This document shows, in pieces, positions 37,601-52,133 of a stretch of 64,000 nucleotides of DNA. The number at the start of each line of letters is the position of its first letter. The first letter of the stretch is position 1. The stretch is from Protoeuglena noctilucae. Its lineage: Eukaryota. Made by a program: the position numbers and the translations under genes. A model generated the notes under the pieces. It saw nothing but the letters and a program-made list of their open reading frames with translations. It did not search any database and had not been told where the DNA came from. Location of the stretch: assembly GCA_958009085.1 (NCBI GenBank), contig OY253682.1, forward strand, positions 372,001 through 436,000. The letters run 5' to 3'.

Positions 37601-40572
37601 CGTGCGTCGCGCGAAGGACGCGGCGCGGGAGGCGTGCGCGGCGCGGGTAAAGCGCGCAGAGGAGGAGGCGGAGGAGGACGCGCGGCGGGAGATTGAGCTC
37701 GCGCGGGAAGAGGCGCAGGGACGACTGGACAAGGCTCGGGTGAGGGCCGTGTTTCATACACAGCGTGGCAGTACTGCAGTGCTACGCACTTCAGTACTGG
37801 GAGGAGCGGCGGGGCTGCGAGTGCACGGCACGCTCGCTCTGTTGCTGAGCTGTCACTGAGCTGTGCGGGCTCGCTGTTTCTACGCAGCGGCGGGTGGTGG
37901 AGGAGGAGGCGGCTCGCGAGGAACAGCGCCTGCGGTCGGAGCTGATGGCTCAGGCGGAGGCGCGGGTGCGGGCGGAGGTGGAGTCCGCGGAGGCGACGGC
38001 GGGGGCGCGGGCGCGGGCGCGCGAGGAGCTGCTGGCGAAGATGGCCGAAGAGGCGCGGTGAGTGGGCCACGGCTACGAAGGGTGGCGCAGAGGCGTGGCG
38101 ACTGGCTCCTGGCAGGCATGAGTTGGAATGTAATCAATGTCGCATTCCTCTACCTGTCATGTTTGTGGCTGGTATCGCTCGCAGGGTGGAGCTGGACACG
38201 CCCCAATCGCGGTCGCGCGTGCGTGGGGAGGAGGAGGCACGGCTCCGGGAGCGCGTGCGCGGCGACCTGGACGCCGGCGGCGTGCGGGAGCGGCTGCGGC
38301 GGGAGATGGAGGAGAAGCTGCGTGAAGAGATGGAGGCGGAGGTGAGGAGGGCTGCGGGAGGGCAGCGACGGTGCGGTTTGCTATGTGTGGTGCTGGTGAC
38401 TGGCCATGTGCAGCGTCAGCCGGTGCCACGGGACCGCTTATGGCTGGCCCGGTGTGCTAGACGACCTTCCTGTTAACTTTATGATCAAGTTGCGGGGTCC
38501 GAGCTGCCTTGCAACGGCACCTCGCATCGCAGGTGCGGGAGCGCGAGCGTCAGACGGGCGAGGCCAGGCGCGCTGCGGAGGACCGCGTCCGCCGCGAGTC
38601 GGAGGCGGCGGTGCGGGACGAGGTGGTGGCGGCGGTGCGGAGGGACGTGGAAGGGGAAGTGCGGGAGGCGCACAAGCGGGCAGTCGAGGCTCGGGTTAGG
38701 TGAGCAAACAGCAGGGCTGGTGGTGCATACCTCGTCACTCCCGGAGCCCCTCTTCTCCTCGCTCCGCTCATTCGGTCCCTTTCCACCCCCTTCCAGGCGG
38801 GAGGTGGAGGAGGAGGTGTCGGCGCTCCGCCCGCTGATGGTGGCCGAGGCGACGGTGGCGACGCGGGGCCGCCTGGAGGCCCAGGCCGCGCGCGACATGG
38901 AGGCTGGGGTGCGCGCGGCGGTGCGGGAGCGTCTGGAGGCGCAGCTGGAGGCGGACGTGAGGGCGGAGGTCCGTGCGCGTCTGGCGAGGGCCGCGGAGGC
39001 CGAGGTCCGGGCGGACGCGGGGGCCATGGCGGGGATGCGGGAGAGGTGAGAGGGACATGGAGGTGATGGGGTTCGAGGGTGGCTGACGTGGGGATGCGGG
39101 AGAGGTGAGAGGGACGGAGAGTGATGGGGTTCGAGGGTGGCTGATGTGGGGATGCGGGAGAGGTGAGAGGGACATGGAGGTGATGGGGTTCGAGGGTGGC
39201 TGATGTGGGGATGCGGGAGAGGTGAGAGGGACGGAGAGTGATGGGGTTCGAGGGTGGCTGATGCGGGGATGCGGGAGAGGTGAGAGGGACAGAGAGTGAT
39301 GAGGTTGTTGCTTTGGCGATGCTCGTTTCCCACACCACGCATGCTGGGCGCTGCCTCGGTGTGACGCCCGTGCCTGGCCGCCCTCGCAGCGCCGAGCGAC
39401 GCGTGTTGGAGGACCTGATGCGCCGGGTGCGGGCGGCCGAGGAGCCCCGCCTGCGCGCTGAGGCCGTCCGCCACATGCGCGCCGAGATCCTCAGCTCCCT
39501 CGACGATCACGAGATCCACGCTCTCAGGCAAGATGCTTGGCGCGGCCCAGCACATCCCCTCGCATGCCCTCGTGCCGGGCTTTGCTGTGGATCAAATGCG
39601 ATGTGATGGTCGGGGCCACTCACGGTGCGCCACTCTCTTCATGAACGCAGGGAAGAGGCCCTGGCGGAGTACCGGGCGCAGTACGTCGCGGGCCTCATGC
39701 ACGGCTCCGTGACGCCCGGGGATGCGCTGCTGCACTCGGCCAGGCGCACGGCCCCGGCCCTGGCGTGGCACGACCTGGGTTCGACGGGGAGGGGCGAGTC
39801 CCCCGCCACCCTGCCCCCGCCCCTGTCCCGCTCGCCGCTGCGGCCGTCGCCCCCGGCGCTGCAGCCTGCCGCGGGCGCCCCGGCCAACCCCGCGGGCGCG
39901 ACCGACACGCGGCAGCTGGTGGCCGTGCTGCACGACGTGGTGGAGCGCAAGAAACGGGAGCTACGGGTGCGGGAGCGCGAGATCCGGATGGGCGTCGAGG
40001 AGCTCAAGCGGACGCTGGCGAAGAGTCCCGGGGTGGTCGGGGCAGTGGCAGACGGGGCAGGGGTGGGTGGCGTGGCGGACCGGGGTGGGGTGACGGGACA
40101 TGTGGGGACTCCCCCGGACCGAGAGGAGCTCGAGAGCACGTCGCGGGCCTACAACGAGGATGTGCGGATGCTCCGGGAGCTGCGGGCGTGCCTGAAGGCC
40201 CTGCAGGAGTCGGCCGGTGGGGCGGCAGGGGAGGCGGGCGCGGGGGCGACGGCTGGGGTTGGGGCTGGGGCAGAGTACGGGCGAGGGTCGCCTGACAGGG
40301 GAGAGCCGAGCTACGCGCGAGGCGGGGCCGAGTGGGCCGCACCTGCTTGGAGCGTGCGCGACGGGGGCGCGGCAGGGGCGGCGGGGCTGCGGGGCTCGGT
40401 CCCGGCGCAGCGCGACGCCAGGGTCGGGGGATCGAGTCAGGGGAAGGATTTGGCTTCGCTTTTCCGGGAGCTGTCACACAGGTTCCATCGGGAGCTTGAG
40501 GGGCACGCGGGGTGGGCGTCTGGGGCGGCCAATGACCTGGAGACACACCTGGCCTCTCGGCGGGGGCGGTGA
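34632..40572 (+). CDS. CEP164: CEP164-like basal-body/transition-fibre protein (WW domain plus long coiled coil)
   Basis: EEVDPAYIPTEEEIAQYAAWLG|LDLSADPELRWLPIMGLTANLLPGWK...VYYW...STWEHPTDE matches the CEP164 N-terminal helical+WW region, followed by many E/R/A-rich coiled-coil exons. Start position is uncertain. Confidence 0.78.
39031..39300 (+). repeat. Minisatellite of alternating 59/58-bp units (about 4.6 copies) spanning a CEP164 exon/intron junction
   Basis: Units begin at 39031, 39090, 39148, 39207 and 39265: ggggatgcgggagaggtgagagggac(atggag|ggaga)gtgatggggttcgagggtggctga. Confidence 0.95.
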
Positions 40573-41123
40573 TGAGTCATGAGGTGGTTGGTGATGGGGC
40601 GGAGCTGAGGGGTGAGGGTCGATGAGGTGGACAGAAGGTGTTGTTGCGTAAGCGATGGGGAGTTCGGTTGGGACTTGTTTTTGCGTTGATGTATGGCCGC
40701 AGTTTTGACACGTGCGCCGTTAGCCTAGTCGATGTGTTCTGTCCATTTGTGCACAAGGGATGGGCGCGATGCTATGCTCGTTGCCGCCCGTACTGTGGCG
40801 CATCCCTTTGCCTCAGACTCTCGCTCCCAAGAAGTGCATCCTCCGAGAAATGCATCTGATGCCGGTTTTGTGCGGGTGTCCGCCCGCACCGCCCATCCCC
40901 GTTCCTGCACTTGCGGTGCGACGACGCCGGGGTCCCTCCCTCGCCTCGTATCACTGCAGCAGATACTCTCGTGCCCCTACCTTGTACCTTGTGCCACCCT
41001 TGCTCTTACTGTGATGCAGTTTTGCACTGGCAGGCCTCTCTCGGGAGGCGCTGGCACTCTCTGATTTGAAATTCCGCTCAAGCAAAGCGCCTCGTTGGCC
41101 AATGACCTGCCCTCCGCGCATGC

Positions 41124-44100
41124 TCAGCTTCCCGCAATTAGAGCCTTGCCGGGCATGAGGGTAATCTCCCCGAACGACTCCCCTTGCTGTGCCGCCACCA
41201 GGCCCCGCGAGTTGAGAACGAGGACCTCATAGAACATGCGAGAGGCCTCCGCGCGCGTCTTGCCGTGCAGTAGCGGACCCAGAGGCACACCCTGGAAGGC
41301 AGCGACTGGCGACGCTGCGCCTGCGCCCCGCCGCTGCTTGGCAGGTGGGGCTGAGGCCTCCGCCTCCGCAAACTGCCGCTGGAGGAAGGAGAGCACACGC
41401 CGCGTCCGGCGCGTCACCCCCGCGGCTGCCTGGGCCGCACCCTGCGAGCCACGCGCAAGGAGTGAGTTAGTATCGATCTGCGCGCAGGTACCAAGTTGCC
41501 TTGTGGCACTTGACCCCTGCGACACCTGAAACCGCTTCTGTACTCGCATCAACTGCTAGTTGATGGAACATGTCACGTCACGGGCGCTGCCTGCACCACC
41601 ACATGTGTTAAGCCTGCTGGCCATCACCACCACCTGCACCACCACATGCGCCACTCACCGCGTCTCCCATGTCCTCGTCCGCCATGTCGAGTGCGCCCCT
41701 CAGGTCCCTCTCTGAGCCATCTCCCACGGACCCTGCGCTGACGCGACGCAGCGGCAGCGGCCCCAGCCCCACGGGGCCCTGTCGCCAGTGCGCTTGCGAG
41801 GGCGACGCTTCCGGCAAAGACCCCGAGGGGCCCACCGACCGAAGGCGAACGTCTGCAGGAAATCACCACGTCACAGGGTTACAAGGGGATTGTGCCACGT
41901 GGCGGCACGGCCAACCTGAGGCTTGGACGGGACGCAGCTGCTGCTGCGAGGGTAGCCAGCCTTGCTCACCCGTGCCGGGGCCTTCGCTCGGGCGGCTCTG
42001 GCCGACGCCCCCCTCGCTCCCGAGCCCCTCCGCCGTGGTCCTCCACTCTCCCTGGGACGCGAACCCGCCATCACCCAACGACCAGGGCAGGGACGCCCTC
42101 CCAAACCCATCCTCCTCCATCATCGCAATGTCCCTCTCCTTCTCTGAACGCTCGCCATCGCCCACGCCACGCCCCGTTCCTTCCCTCTCCTCCTCGGCAG
42201 GGCCTGCTGGCTCCCTCGCCTCCCTCCCCACCGACGGCTCCCGCCGGAGCGGCCCCGCGGCCCCGTCCTCACCCGCAGCCGCCGCCACCCCGCGAGGCAC
42301 GGCGGCGGTCCTCGGGCGCACGAGGCTCTTGGAGGTGAAGAGCGCTGCTGCGTCCTCGAAGGCGACGCCCCCGGCCACGGCGAACGACGGCGCGTCGATC
42401 GCGGCGTCCCAGGGCAGCGTGTCCACGTCCGCGGCGCAGAGGAGGAGCGGCGTGGCGAGGGGCACGCCCATGGTGCGAGATGCCCCGCGATCTGTGGTGA
42501 GGCGTGGGAAGGAGGCGGTTGCGACTCGCATGCAAGCCAGGTGACAGGCACCCGCCTGCCCCAGCGACCGCGGCAGCCAAGACCCCAGCTCGGCCCTTCT
42601 CACCCGTCAGAATCTCCGCCCGGTTCTTGAGGTGCTGCTGGTAGACGTTCGCGGGGATGCGGTCCACGCCGTCGACTGCCAGCCGCCGCCGCTTGCCGAA
42701 GATGGCAGCACGCGCCTCGGCAGACGGTGTCAGGGGCGGGGCCTGGTGCCGCGCGGCCTTCTTGGGCGTCAAATGCGTCCTGGGAGCAGAGCAAAGGCCA
42801 GGGTGAGCCGCCACACCCCCTCATGCCCTCCCAGTGACTTAAATAAGTCACGGTAGCGTCGTCGCACACCGACGCCCCCACTCACCCCTCCACGGGTCCC
42901 GCGGGCGCCTGAGCGTCCCGCATTCCCTCCATCGCATCGTCCTCTCGCCCGGGCGTCGGGCCGCCCCACGCGGCCTGGCCATCCCCCAAGGCAAAGAGCG
43001 CATCAAGATCCGCGGCGTCGGCCGGGGTGCCACCCGGCTGCGACAGCCCCGTTCCGGTCAGCCGCGTGGAGCGCCGGGGCGCCTCGGTCGCCACTCCTTC
43101 GTCCGCTGGGGTCTTGCCCGGCGTGGGGGCCAGGCCGGCTTGGAACAAGTCAGCGGCGATGGCGCCGCCGGGGGTGGCCGCGTCGGTGACCGCTCGCAGC
43201 CGCTCGACCTCAACGGGGCCGTACGACGGCGTCCCCGGCATGGCCACGTCCAAGCCGAGGTCGGACATGTCTGCGGACGAAGCAAGGCGACGCTCATGAC
43301 TGTTTCAACTTCGGCCATCGTCGGCACAGGCAACATGGATGCGGCGCGCGGTCCATGCTTGGTCAGCGCTCGCCTTCGCGAAAAACCAAGCCATGCGCGA
43401 GACAGCAGCGCCAATCACCTGGGCCGGAGACCTCAAACTCGTTCCCCGCGAAGCCCGAGCTCCCGAACCCGACCGAGGGCAGCGGGACCGGCGCCAGGGC
43501 CTCCGGGGCCAGCTGGGCGGCCCCAGCGAGGGCCTGAGTATAGAACTCATCGGCCTCGACGAGGTCGAAGGAAGTCGGGACGTGGTCTGCGGAGCGGAGC
43601 CGTGAAACGCTTGCAGGGGTCGCGTCGTCGTACACCGGCAACAAGCGAAGGCTCGCTCGGCCACCGCGGGACCACGCGCCGCGCCCGCGATGCGCGTTCA
43701 CTCACCCAGGCCGGGATAGAGGTCGAGCGGCTGCGTGAAGTCGAGCGTGATGTGGTGGTGGGGTGCCGTCGGGTGGGCGAGGTCGACGTGGCTCGGCGCC
43801 TCCTTCGCGTACGCCTGGCGGATGTGCGACAGCACGTCGTTCGCATCCGCAAACAGATACGACACCTTGCGGGCGTAGATGCGGACCACTGCGGGCGAGG
43901 TCGGCACCATGGACGACCGCTCATGCTGCGCGTGCCACGCCCGCGCAGGGCCTCTCCGCCAAAGCAGAGGAACGAGAAAGAAGCATTAGATTTGATAAGA
44001 GGCAGCGGTGCCGCTGGACGGGCCGGAGGCGCCGTCGCTCGCCGTCGAGCGCCCACGCACAGCGTCTCACCTCCCAGCAGCAATTGTCCCGACAGGCGGA

Positions 44101-44476
44101 GGGCCAGGGGCACCTCGCTCAGCAGGATGCTGTCCACCGAGTTTTCCAAGTCCACCTCGAACACCTGGCGCCGCTGCGGTGGGCGGGGGAGCGCGGCCGG
44201 TGAGGCCAGCTCAAACGCGGTTGTCGACAGTGCCGCGCGCGGCCGGAGGGACGCGCGCACAGACGCGCAGCGCAGCCGGCAAACAGTTCAAGCAAGATGC
44301 AGCAAGCCGGAAGCGCGAGGGCGCCAGCGCGGCGCCCTGGCCGCGGGAGGGCGTGCACATGGCGAGCGGAGCACCCCACGCCCCCCCCTCGCCTGCAGCT
44401 TCTTCTCATAGTGCGCCGCGAGCCAGATCAGACCCAGCGGGGTCTTGGAGTCGAGCAGCTGTGTTGAATAGAACAT
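41124..44476 (-). CDS. RAD21: Cohesin kleisin subunit, RAD21/REC8 family
   Basis: MFYSTQLLDSKTPLGLIWLAAH...LALRLSGQLLLG|VVRIYARKVSYL N-terminal domain; C-terminal winged helix TRAEASRMFYEVLVL...QGESFGEITL. RAD21 versus REC8 is not resolved with certainty. Confidence 0.9.
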
Positions 44477-44889
44477 CGGAACGCGCGGCCTCGCGGCCGG
44501 CCTCCCTGCAGCTCGAAAGTCGGAGCCGCGGTATCCAGCGTGCGTCCACGGCAGATCGGCGCTCCCCGGAAGTGTCTGGTATTTCGCTGCCGAGTCCAGG
44601 AGGTGATTCGGTCAGAGCCAAGCTCAGTTCTTCTTTTCTCACGGACCCGAGCACGGTGTCGTGTGGAGAGAGCAGGAGCAGCGCCTTCGCATTTGGGGAC
44701 GCATCTGGTCATGTCGCAGGAGATGAGGCGCGGAAACCGTGCTCAGTGCTGACACGATGCAGCGCCAGATGCAGACCACCAAGAACTCGGCAGCTCCACG
44801 CGTCTTGGCCAGTGTATCGCCCGACACTCTGCATCGGTCGCTGCTTTCAGCGTTGAGCCACTTGATTTCGCAGGCTGGTCACGCCGCTC

Positions 44890-46557
44890 ATGCAAGCCCA
44901 GGCGCAGCCGCTGCACGTCGCGGCGACGCGGGCCGATCAACGCCATGTCCCGTCTTCCGCGGCTTCATCGGGCCGCTGCATCGGCAGGCACGACGTCGTC
45001 GCTCGCTCCTGCGAGGTGCGCTCCCCCATCTCTTCCCTCCCGACGCCGACTGCGGCGTCCCTGGCGACATTGCAGCCATCGGAATGCTCCTGTGTTGAAC
45101 GAGTCCCGGTAGCGTGGATCTCTGCCAGCGAGACGCTCCCCGCGCTCGCAAAAGTTGCAATACCTGGAAAGGGCAAGGCTGGCCTCCCCGCAGGCCCGTC
45201 GCCGCATCGTGTTGAGGGCGCAGGAGGGAGAGAACGTGCTGGGATCATATGCGCAGCTCCACAGCGCCAGCGACCCCATGGGCTCCAAGATGGCCGAACG
45301 ATCGTGCGAGTGGTCCTCCGCCACGGTCGTGAGCAACCGGGCCGAGTCGATTGACGGGACCATTCGGTCCCTCGTGCTCTCTGTCGCGGACCCGATCGCG
45401 AAGGGGGCGCTCCGGAGGTCGAGCAGCGGCAGGCCAGCTTCGCACGACTGGCTCACCAGGCAACCGCGGCAGCTCGCCGCGCCTCTACCCTCCCGCGACC
45501 CACGCGCGCGCCCATCGCAGGCCGCGAGCCGTACGCCATATCCGTTGCCCGCGCAGGTACTCGGGCCCCGGGCAGTTTGTCGCCATTCGCACGAACGGCA
45601 ACGGGCAGGTCCGCGCCCAGCAGCGGACCCACACGATCACGAGCCCGCCGTACCAGGCGCGGTCTCAGAGCGCCGACCTCGACGCCGTTATCATCGAGGT
45701 GCTCCTCGACCGCAATGGGTCCGAGCAGGACAAGGTTCTGGCAGCCATGGGGCCCGGCGATCAAGTCGAGGTCTCTCATCCGATTGGGAGCGGCTTCCAA
45801 AGCCTGTTCGCCACCGACACGTGAGGAATGGGCCGACTAGGTCAGCTGACCGTGCAGACTGATTGATGCTCAATCCACGCCCGCCCACGGGTGATATGAG
45901 ATGAGGGTCCGCCCTTTGCCGCAGTGGTGGTCTGGCGGGGGCGCTGGAGGCCCGGCGGCCGCTGGTGATGGTGGCGGTCGGGTCGCGTGGAATCGCGGCC
46001 ATGCGGTCGTGCATCGAGTGGACGCCCGTGCAGGCGCACAGCACGAGCACGCCCGTCACGCTGGTGAGGATGCTCGGCAACGAGCTAGGGCAGACTAGCA
46101 GCTCGACATGGCCACCGCGACCGCAGCCACACCCCTTTCCCGGGCATGCAGTTTTATGTGGCGGACTCGCAGCCCAACGCGGCCTACATCAAGGATTGGG
46201 ACACCTGGAGGGACAGGCGAGTGCTGGGGTGGATGCACGCCACCCACGCCAACGAGGGGCTGTTGTGACGTGAAGGTAGCCCCACCCCGTGCTGTGCGCA
46301 GTGGGGCGGTCGTCAACGTGCTGTTCACGTCGAACTTCTCCAACGACGCGCGGCCGACGGAGCAAGTGGTGTCGCAGATGCTCAGCAATGCCGTGCTCGG
46401 CGGGGAGCTCGGGGTCCGGGGCAACATCCGCGCCCAGCCGAGGGACACCGCGGTCCTGTTCGCGGGGATCCAGGGCGAGATGGCCGTGCAGCTGCTGCGT
46501 AAGATGCAGGCGGCCGGTTTCGATAGGGACAGCTTCCTCTTCTGCGAGTTCTTCTGA
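44890..46557 (+). CDS. FAD/NAD(P)-binding oxidoreductase of the FNR-like fold (pKIWI502-like), probably plastid-targeted
   Basis: Transit-like N-terminus; WSSATVVSNRAES; YSGPGQFV; TITSPP; GDQVEVSHPIGSGF; LVMVAVGSRGIAAMRSCIE; AVLFAG; ends FCEFF TGA. Confidence 0.75.
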
Positions 46558-46675
46558 GCGGGCTGCTCTTTGCCCTAATTGCGTGCGGCAGCGCCGGGTC
46601 GCTGCCAGGAGCGACGCATGCATTTCTGTGGTCGTGATTGAAGACTCGCAGTTTGTCGGGGAGTGGTCTTTCAGG

Positions 46676-48647
<1,972 letters not shown>

Positions 48648-48733
48648 TTCAAGGTTGACGGCTACACCAGCTGATGACGCCCCATGCTATGTGACGTTGG
48701 CTTATGCTTCAAGAGGAGCCCATCCGGAGCACG

Positions 48734-49120
48734 TCAGAGGCCGGTGGCTGATGGCGCGCCGCTGCGGAGCAGCAGGGCAGGGGAGCATCGTTAGCGGAGC
48801 GTGCCCTGCGCTTGCTGGGGATCATCACTCCCAGTCCCAGGCAGCGGGGCTCACCTGAGGAGGTCCCGATTGCTCTGCTCCGCGGCTACCATGGCCTGCT
48901 CGCGGTCCCACTCGACCACGAGCGGGAACGCCAGGAACAGTGCCGTCGTGGTCAGCTGGAACACCTTCACCGAGGTGCTCTTGAAGATGCGCCAGCCCTG
49001 CGAGGCGGCGGGGCTGTCGTCAGCTGCGGCAGTCAGAGATCACCTGCGCATTCAACTGCATCGTGCGGGGCCCGCACTCACGATGCGCCGAGCCTCTCGG
49101 GCGAAGTTGCTGGTTGCCAT
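48734..49120 (-). CDS. TOM22: Mitochondrial import receptor TOM22 / plant TOM9-type (about 70 aa)
   Basis: Exons 49120-49082, 48997-48855 and 48761-48734 give MATSNFAREARRI|GWRIFKSTSVKVFQLTTTALFLAFPLVVEWDREQAMVAAEQSNRDLLS|GAPSATGL*, resembling plant TOM9 (STGKAAW..TT.L.L.VPLIIEMDRE). Confidence 0.8.
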
Positions 49121-49649
49121 CGAGCCTCCCCTCCCTGCGGCGCGGCGGGGCGAGACTAGACGATCGGGAAGAAACCATGGGGGTTACAAGCGCGCGGAAG
49201 CGTGCGCTTCGGGGGACGCTGCGCACGGATCGGCGCCGAACCAGGGGCCGGTAGCATGGGCATCGCGGCTGCACCCTCGTGCGTCAGGGCGGGCCCGTGA
49301 CGACATGCGGCGACACTCACCAGAACCCACTCCTAAGCAGCTGTCCAGGGAACCCTCGGCTGCTGGCCTCGGCTCTCAGCAGGTGCCGGCGCAGCTCCCG
49401 TCTCCAGCCTTGGTGTACGGCGAAGTCCACGCGGTGACAGGCGCTCTCCGTCGCTTCCAGGCAACCCTCATTTTCCTTCAGGCCCTGGGGAGGGCCCAGA
49501 GGGATCCCTTGTCGCCGCGCCGGATGCAACATTGGACTGGCAACGCGGGTAAGGTACCCGAGTGTCGAAAACCAAATTCGACGCGCCGTCCCCGCGCTCG
49601 CCAAACTCCCGTTCGATCCTCCACTGTGTCGTATCGAAGCGCATCCACC

Positions 49650-51325
49650 ATGTCGGGCAAGGGCGCGAAGGGTCTCTCCGGCGTGAGTGCTGCCCCACCC
49701 CGCTCAGCAGGCGCCGCAGCGCCCGACGCCCCCGCCTGCTCATGCTTTGTTGCGTTATCTTCACGAGGGGCCAGTCCGCTGACCCGCCGGGGGCGTGTCC
49801 TGGCGCCCCGGTCGCCTCGACTGGGCAGCTCGGGACGGGGCCCGCGGGCGCCTTACGCGGCCCGCCCGGGCTATGTGCTCGGTCTCCCCGCTTTGATTTA
49901 CGTTTGATATTTGCGTTTCTCGCTCCCGCTCGTCGTGGGAGCCCCCCGTCGGGCCCCGGGAGCGGTCCCACCTGTTGTTGAGGGATTCAAAATCCTTTCG
50001 GCCGTGGGGGGCCCTCCGGGGATTTCCGCGCTGCCTACGGGACGCAATACGAATTTTGTTCGCGCGAAGCCGGCCGCGGGCGTCGCGCGGCGCCCGCCCG
50101 CGCGTGGGCGGGGGCCCAGGGCCGCTCGCCCCCCCGGACGCCGCCGGGGCACCCGCCCACGGGCCCCCCGCGTGCTCCGGAGGCACTTTTCGTTTCCCTT
50201 TCGCGCACGAAGACCTCTCGGGGCCCCGCACTCGTCCGCCCACTCGTCCCTCTCCGCAGAAGGGTGCCAAGGGCACCATGGGTGGCGCCGGCAAGGCCAA
50301 GGGCGGTGACAAGAAGAAGCCCGTCTCCCGCTCGGCGAGGGCCGGCCTTCAGTTCCCCGTGGGCCGCATCCACCGTCTCATGAAGGTGAGGGACGGGTCT
50401 CGCGTCGCGGCGACGGAACGGGCCCGCGACCGGTCCGCTGCAACTTCCTTTATTTGCGAACGGTGGCATCGCGCCACCCAACCGGCGCATGGCGGGCCGG
50501 CGCGCGCGTTCTGGCCCGTTTCGTTGCCCCCTACCCTTCCGCGCCTCCCCCGGCGCGGAGGAGCGCAGACGCGGCGCGCGGACCTCTCCGAATGTATGTT
50601 CGTATCGCGATATGCTATAGAACCCTTGCATCTGCTCCCGAAAGCGCCGCCGCGAGCCGCGCAAGCCGCGGGCCTAACCTTGGGTGCCCCGCCCCGCCTC
50701 TCCCGCGCAGAGCATGGTCACCGCCAACGGCCGTGTCGGTGCCACCGCTGCCGTCTACACGGCGGCCATCCTGGAGTACCTCACCGCCGAGGTGCTCGAG
50801 CTGGCGGGGAACGCCTCCAAGGTGCGTGGCGTGCGGGAGAGCTCGGGTCGCGCGCTCGGGGGTCCTCCTCGCGCCCCTCCGGTCCCGATGAGACGCTGTT
50901 GTCAAGGGGCACTATCTGCAGACTCCGCGCGGGCCGTCGGCGCGCGCCGACGCCCCTCCACGCCCCTGCCCTAGGCCTGGGGCGTCCCGGCCGCGCCATG
51001 AGCCCGCGCGACCTCCGCCGCCCCTCCCGGTGCTGCCCGCAGGACCTCAAGGTGAAGCGTATCACGCCTCGCCACTTGCAGCTTGCCATCCGCGGTGATG
51101 AGGAGCTCGACACCCTCATCAAGGCCACCATCCGCGGCGGTGGTGTCATCCCGCACATCCACAAGGTGACCCGCCGCGCTCGCGTCCCCCGGACCCCGGC
51201 CCGGGCGCCCGCCCGCTGCGTCTTGACCCTGCGAAGGTGCTGCCGTGGCTCGCGAGCCCTCGCTCACCGCCCACGTCCCACTGGCCTCCCCGCAGTCGCT
51301 GATCAACAAGTCCAAGAAGGAGTAA
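49650..51325 (+). CDS. H2A.Z: Histone H2A.Z (5 exons)
   Basis: [16 protein letters not shown]...[17 protein letters not shown]|...[81 protein letters not shown]. Confidence 0.97.
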
Positions 51326-52133
51326 GGCGCCCCCGGGCCCCGATCCTCGCCCGCGGCCACGCCCGGGCACCGCACGGACCATTTGCTTGCCATGCTTGCG
51401 TAGCTATCCCCCATTGGGGCGCGGCGGGGGCTGCTCGACCCCGGCCGCCATGCCCGCGGCCCTTGCGAGCGATGTGAGCTGCTGACTCCACCGCGGGACC
51501 GACCTGGGAGCGGAAAAGCGCGCCAGGCGTCTGCAATTATGCTTGAACCGCGTTGCGCCCCTTTGCCGCGGGTTTGCCGCGCCCGAGCGTGGTGGCCTGC
51601 GTGGAATGCGCCAGCGCCAGCAGACCGACGAGCGGGTGGGACCCGGCGCGTTAAGCCGTAAAAGGCCCCACACAGTCACCCTATCTTTGCGCCGTTATCT
51701 GGCAGCGGTCACCCTGCGCCGGCTAACGACGGCGCGTTGGCTGGCTGGTGGGCCTACATGTGTGCCGCACGACCGCATGCCTGCCAGGGCAGGCAGCCGG
51801 GCCGTGAGTGGGGGCAAGGTGTTGGGGTCAGATGGGCCATGCTAATGCTGATCTCGTCACAGCTCCAGGCAAGCGAGACCTGCCCGCAGGTTGTGTAGCA
51901 GCTGTTTCATGCGATGCACAGCGCCAGTATCATTGCTTGCACCAGCAGCCTGAAGCAGCGTGATGCGCGTACGTCCCTCAGTGTATCCAGCGTCTCGCCC
52001 ACGCCAGCGACAACCGGGAGTAGCTGTGCCTCTCAACGAGTGCGCCAGGCTAACCTAGCCGTCCCTTGTTGAGTCCCCCGCGTTGCGCTGGGTCCCTCGC
52101 CATCTGTGTGACATAGGTCAGGGCTAACGGAGG

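Noticed and set aside
45417..45465. Additional GC donor in the FNR-like gene (accag|gcaacc, 45460)
   Set aside because: A same-phase GT donor (ggag|gtcgag) lies about 42 nt upstream, so the site is ambiguous and was not counted.
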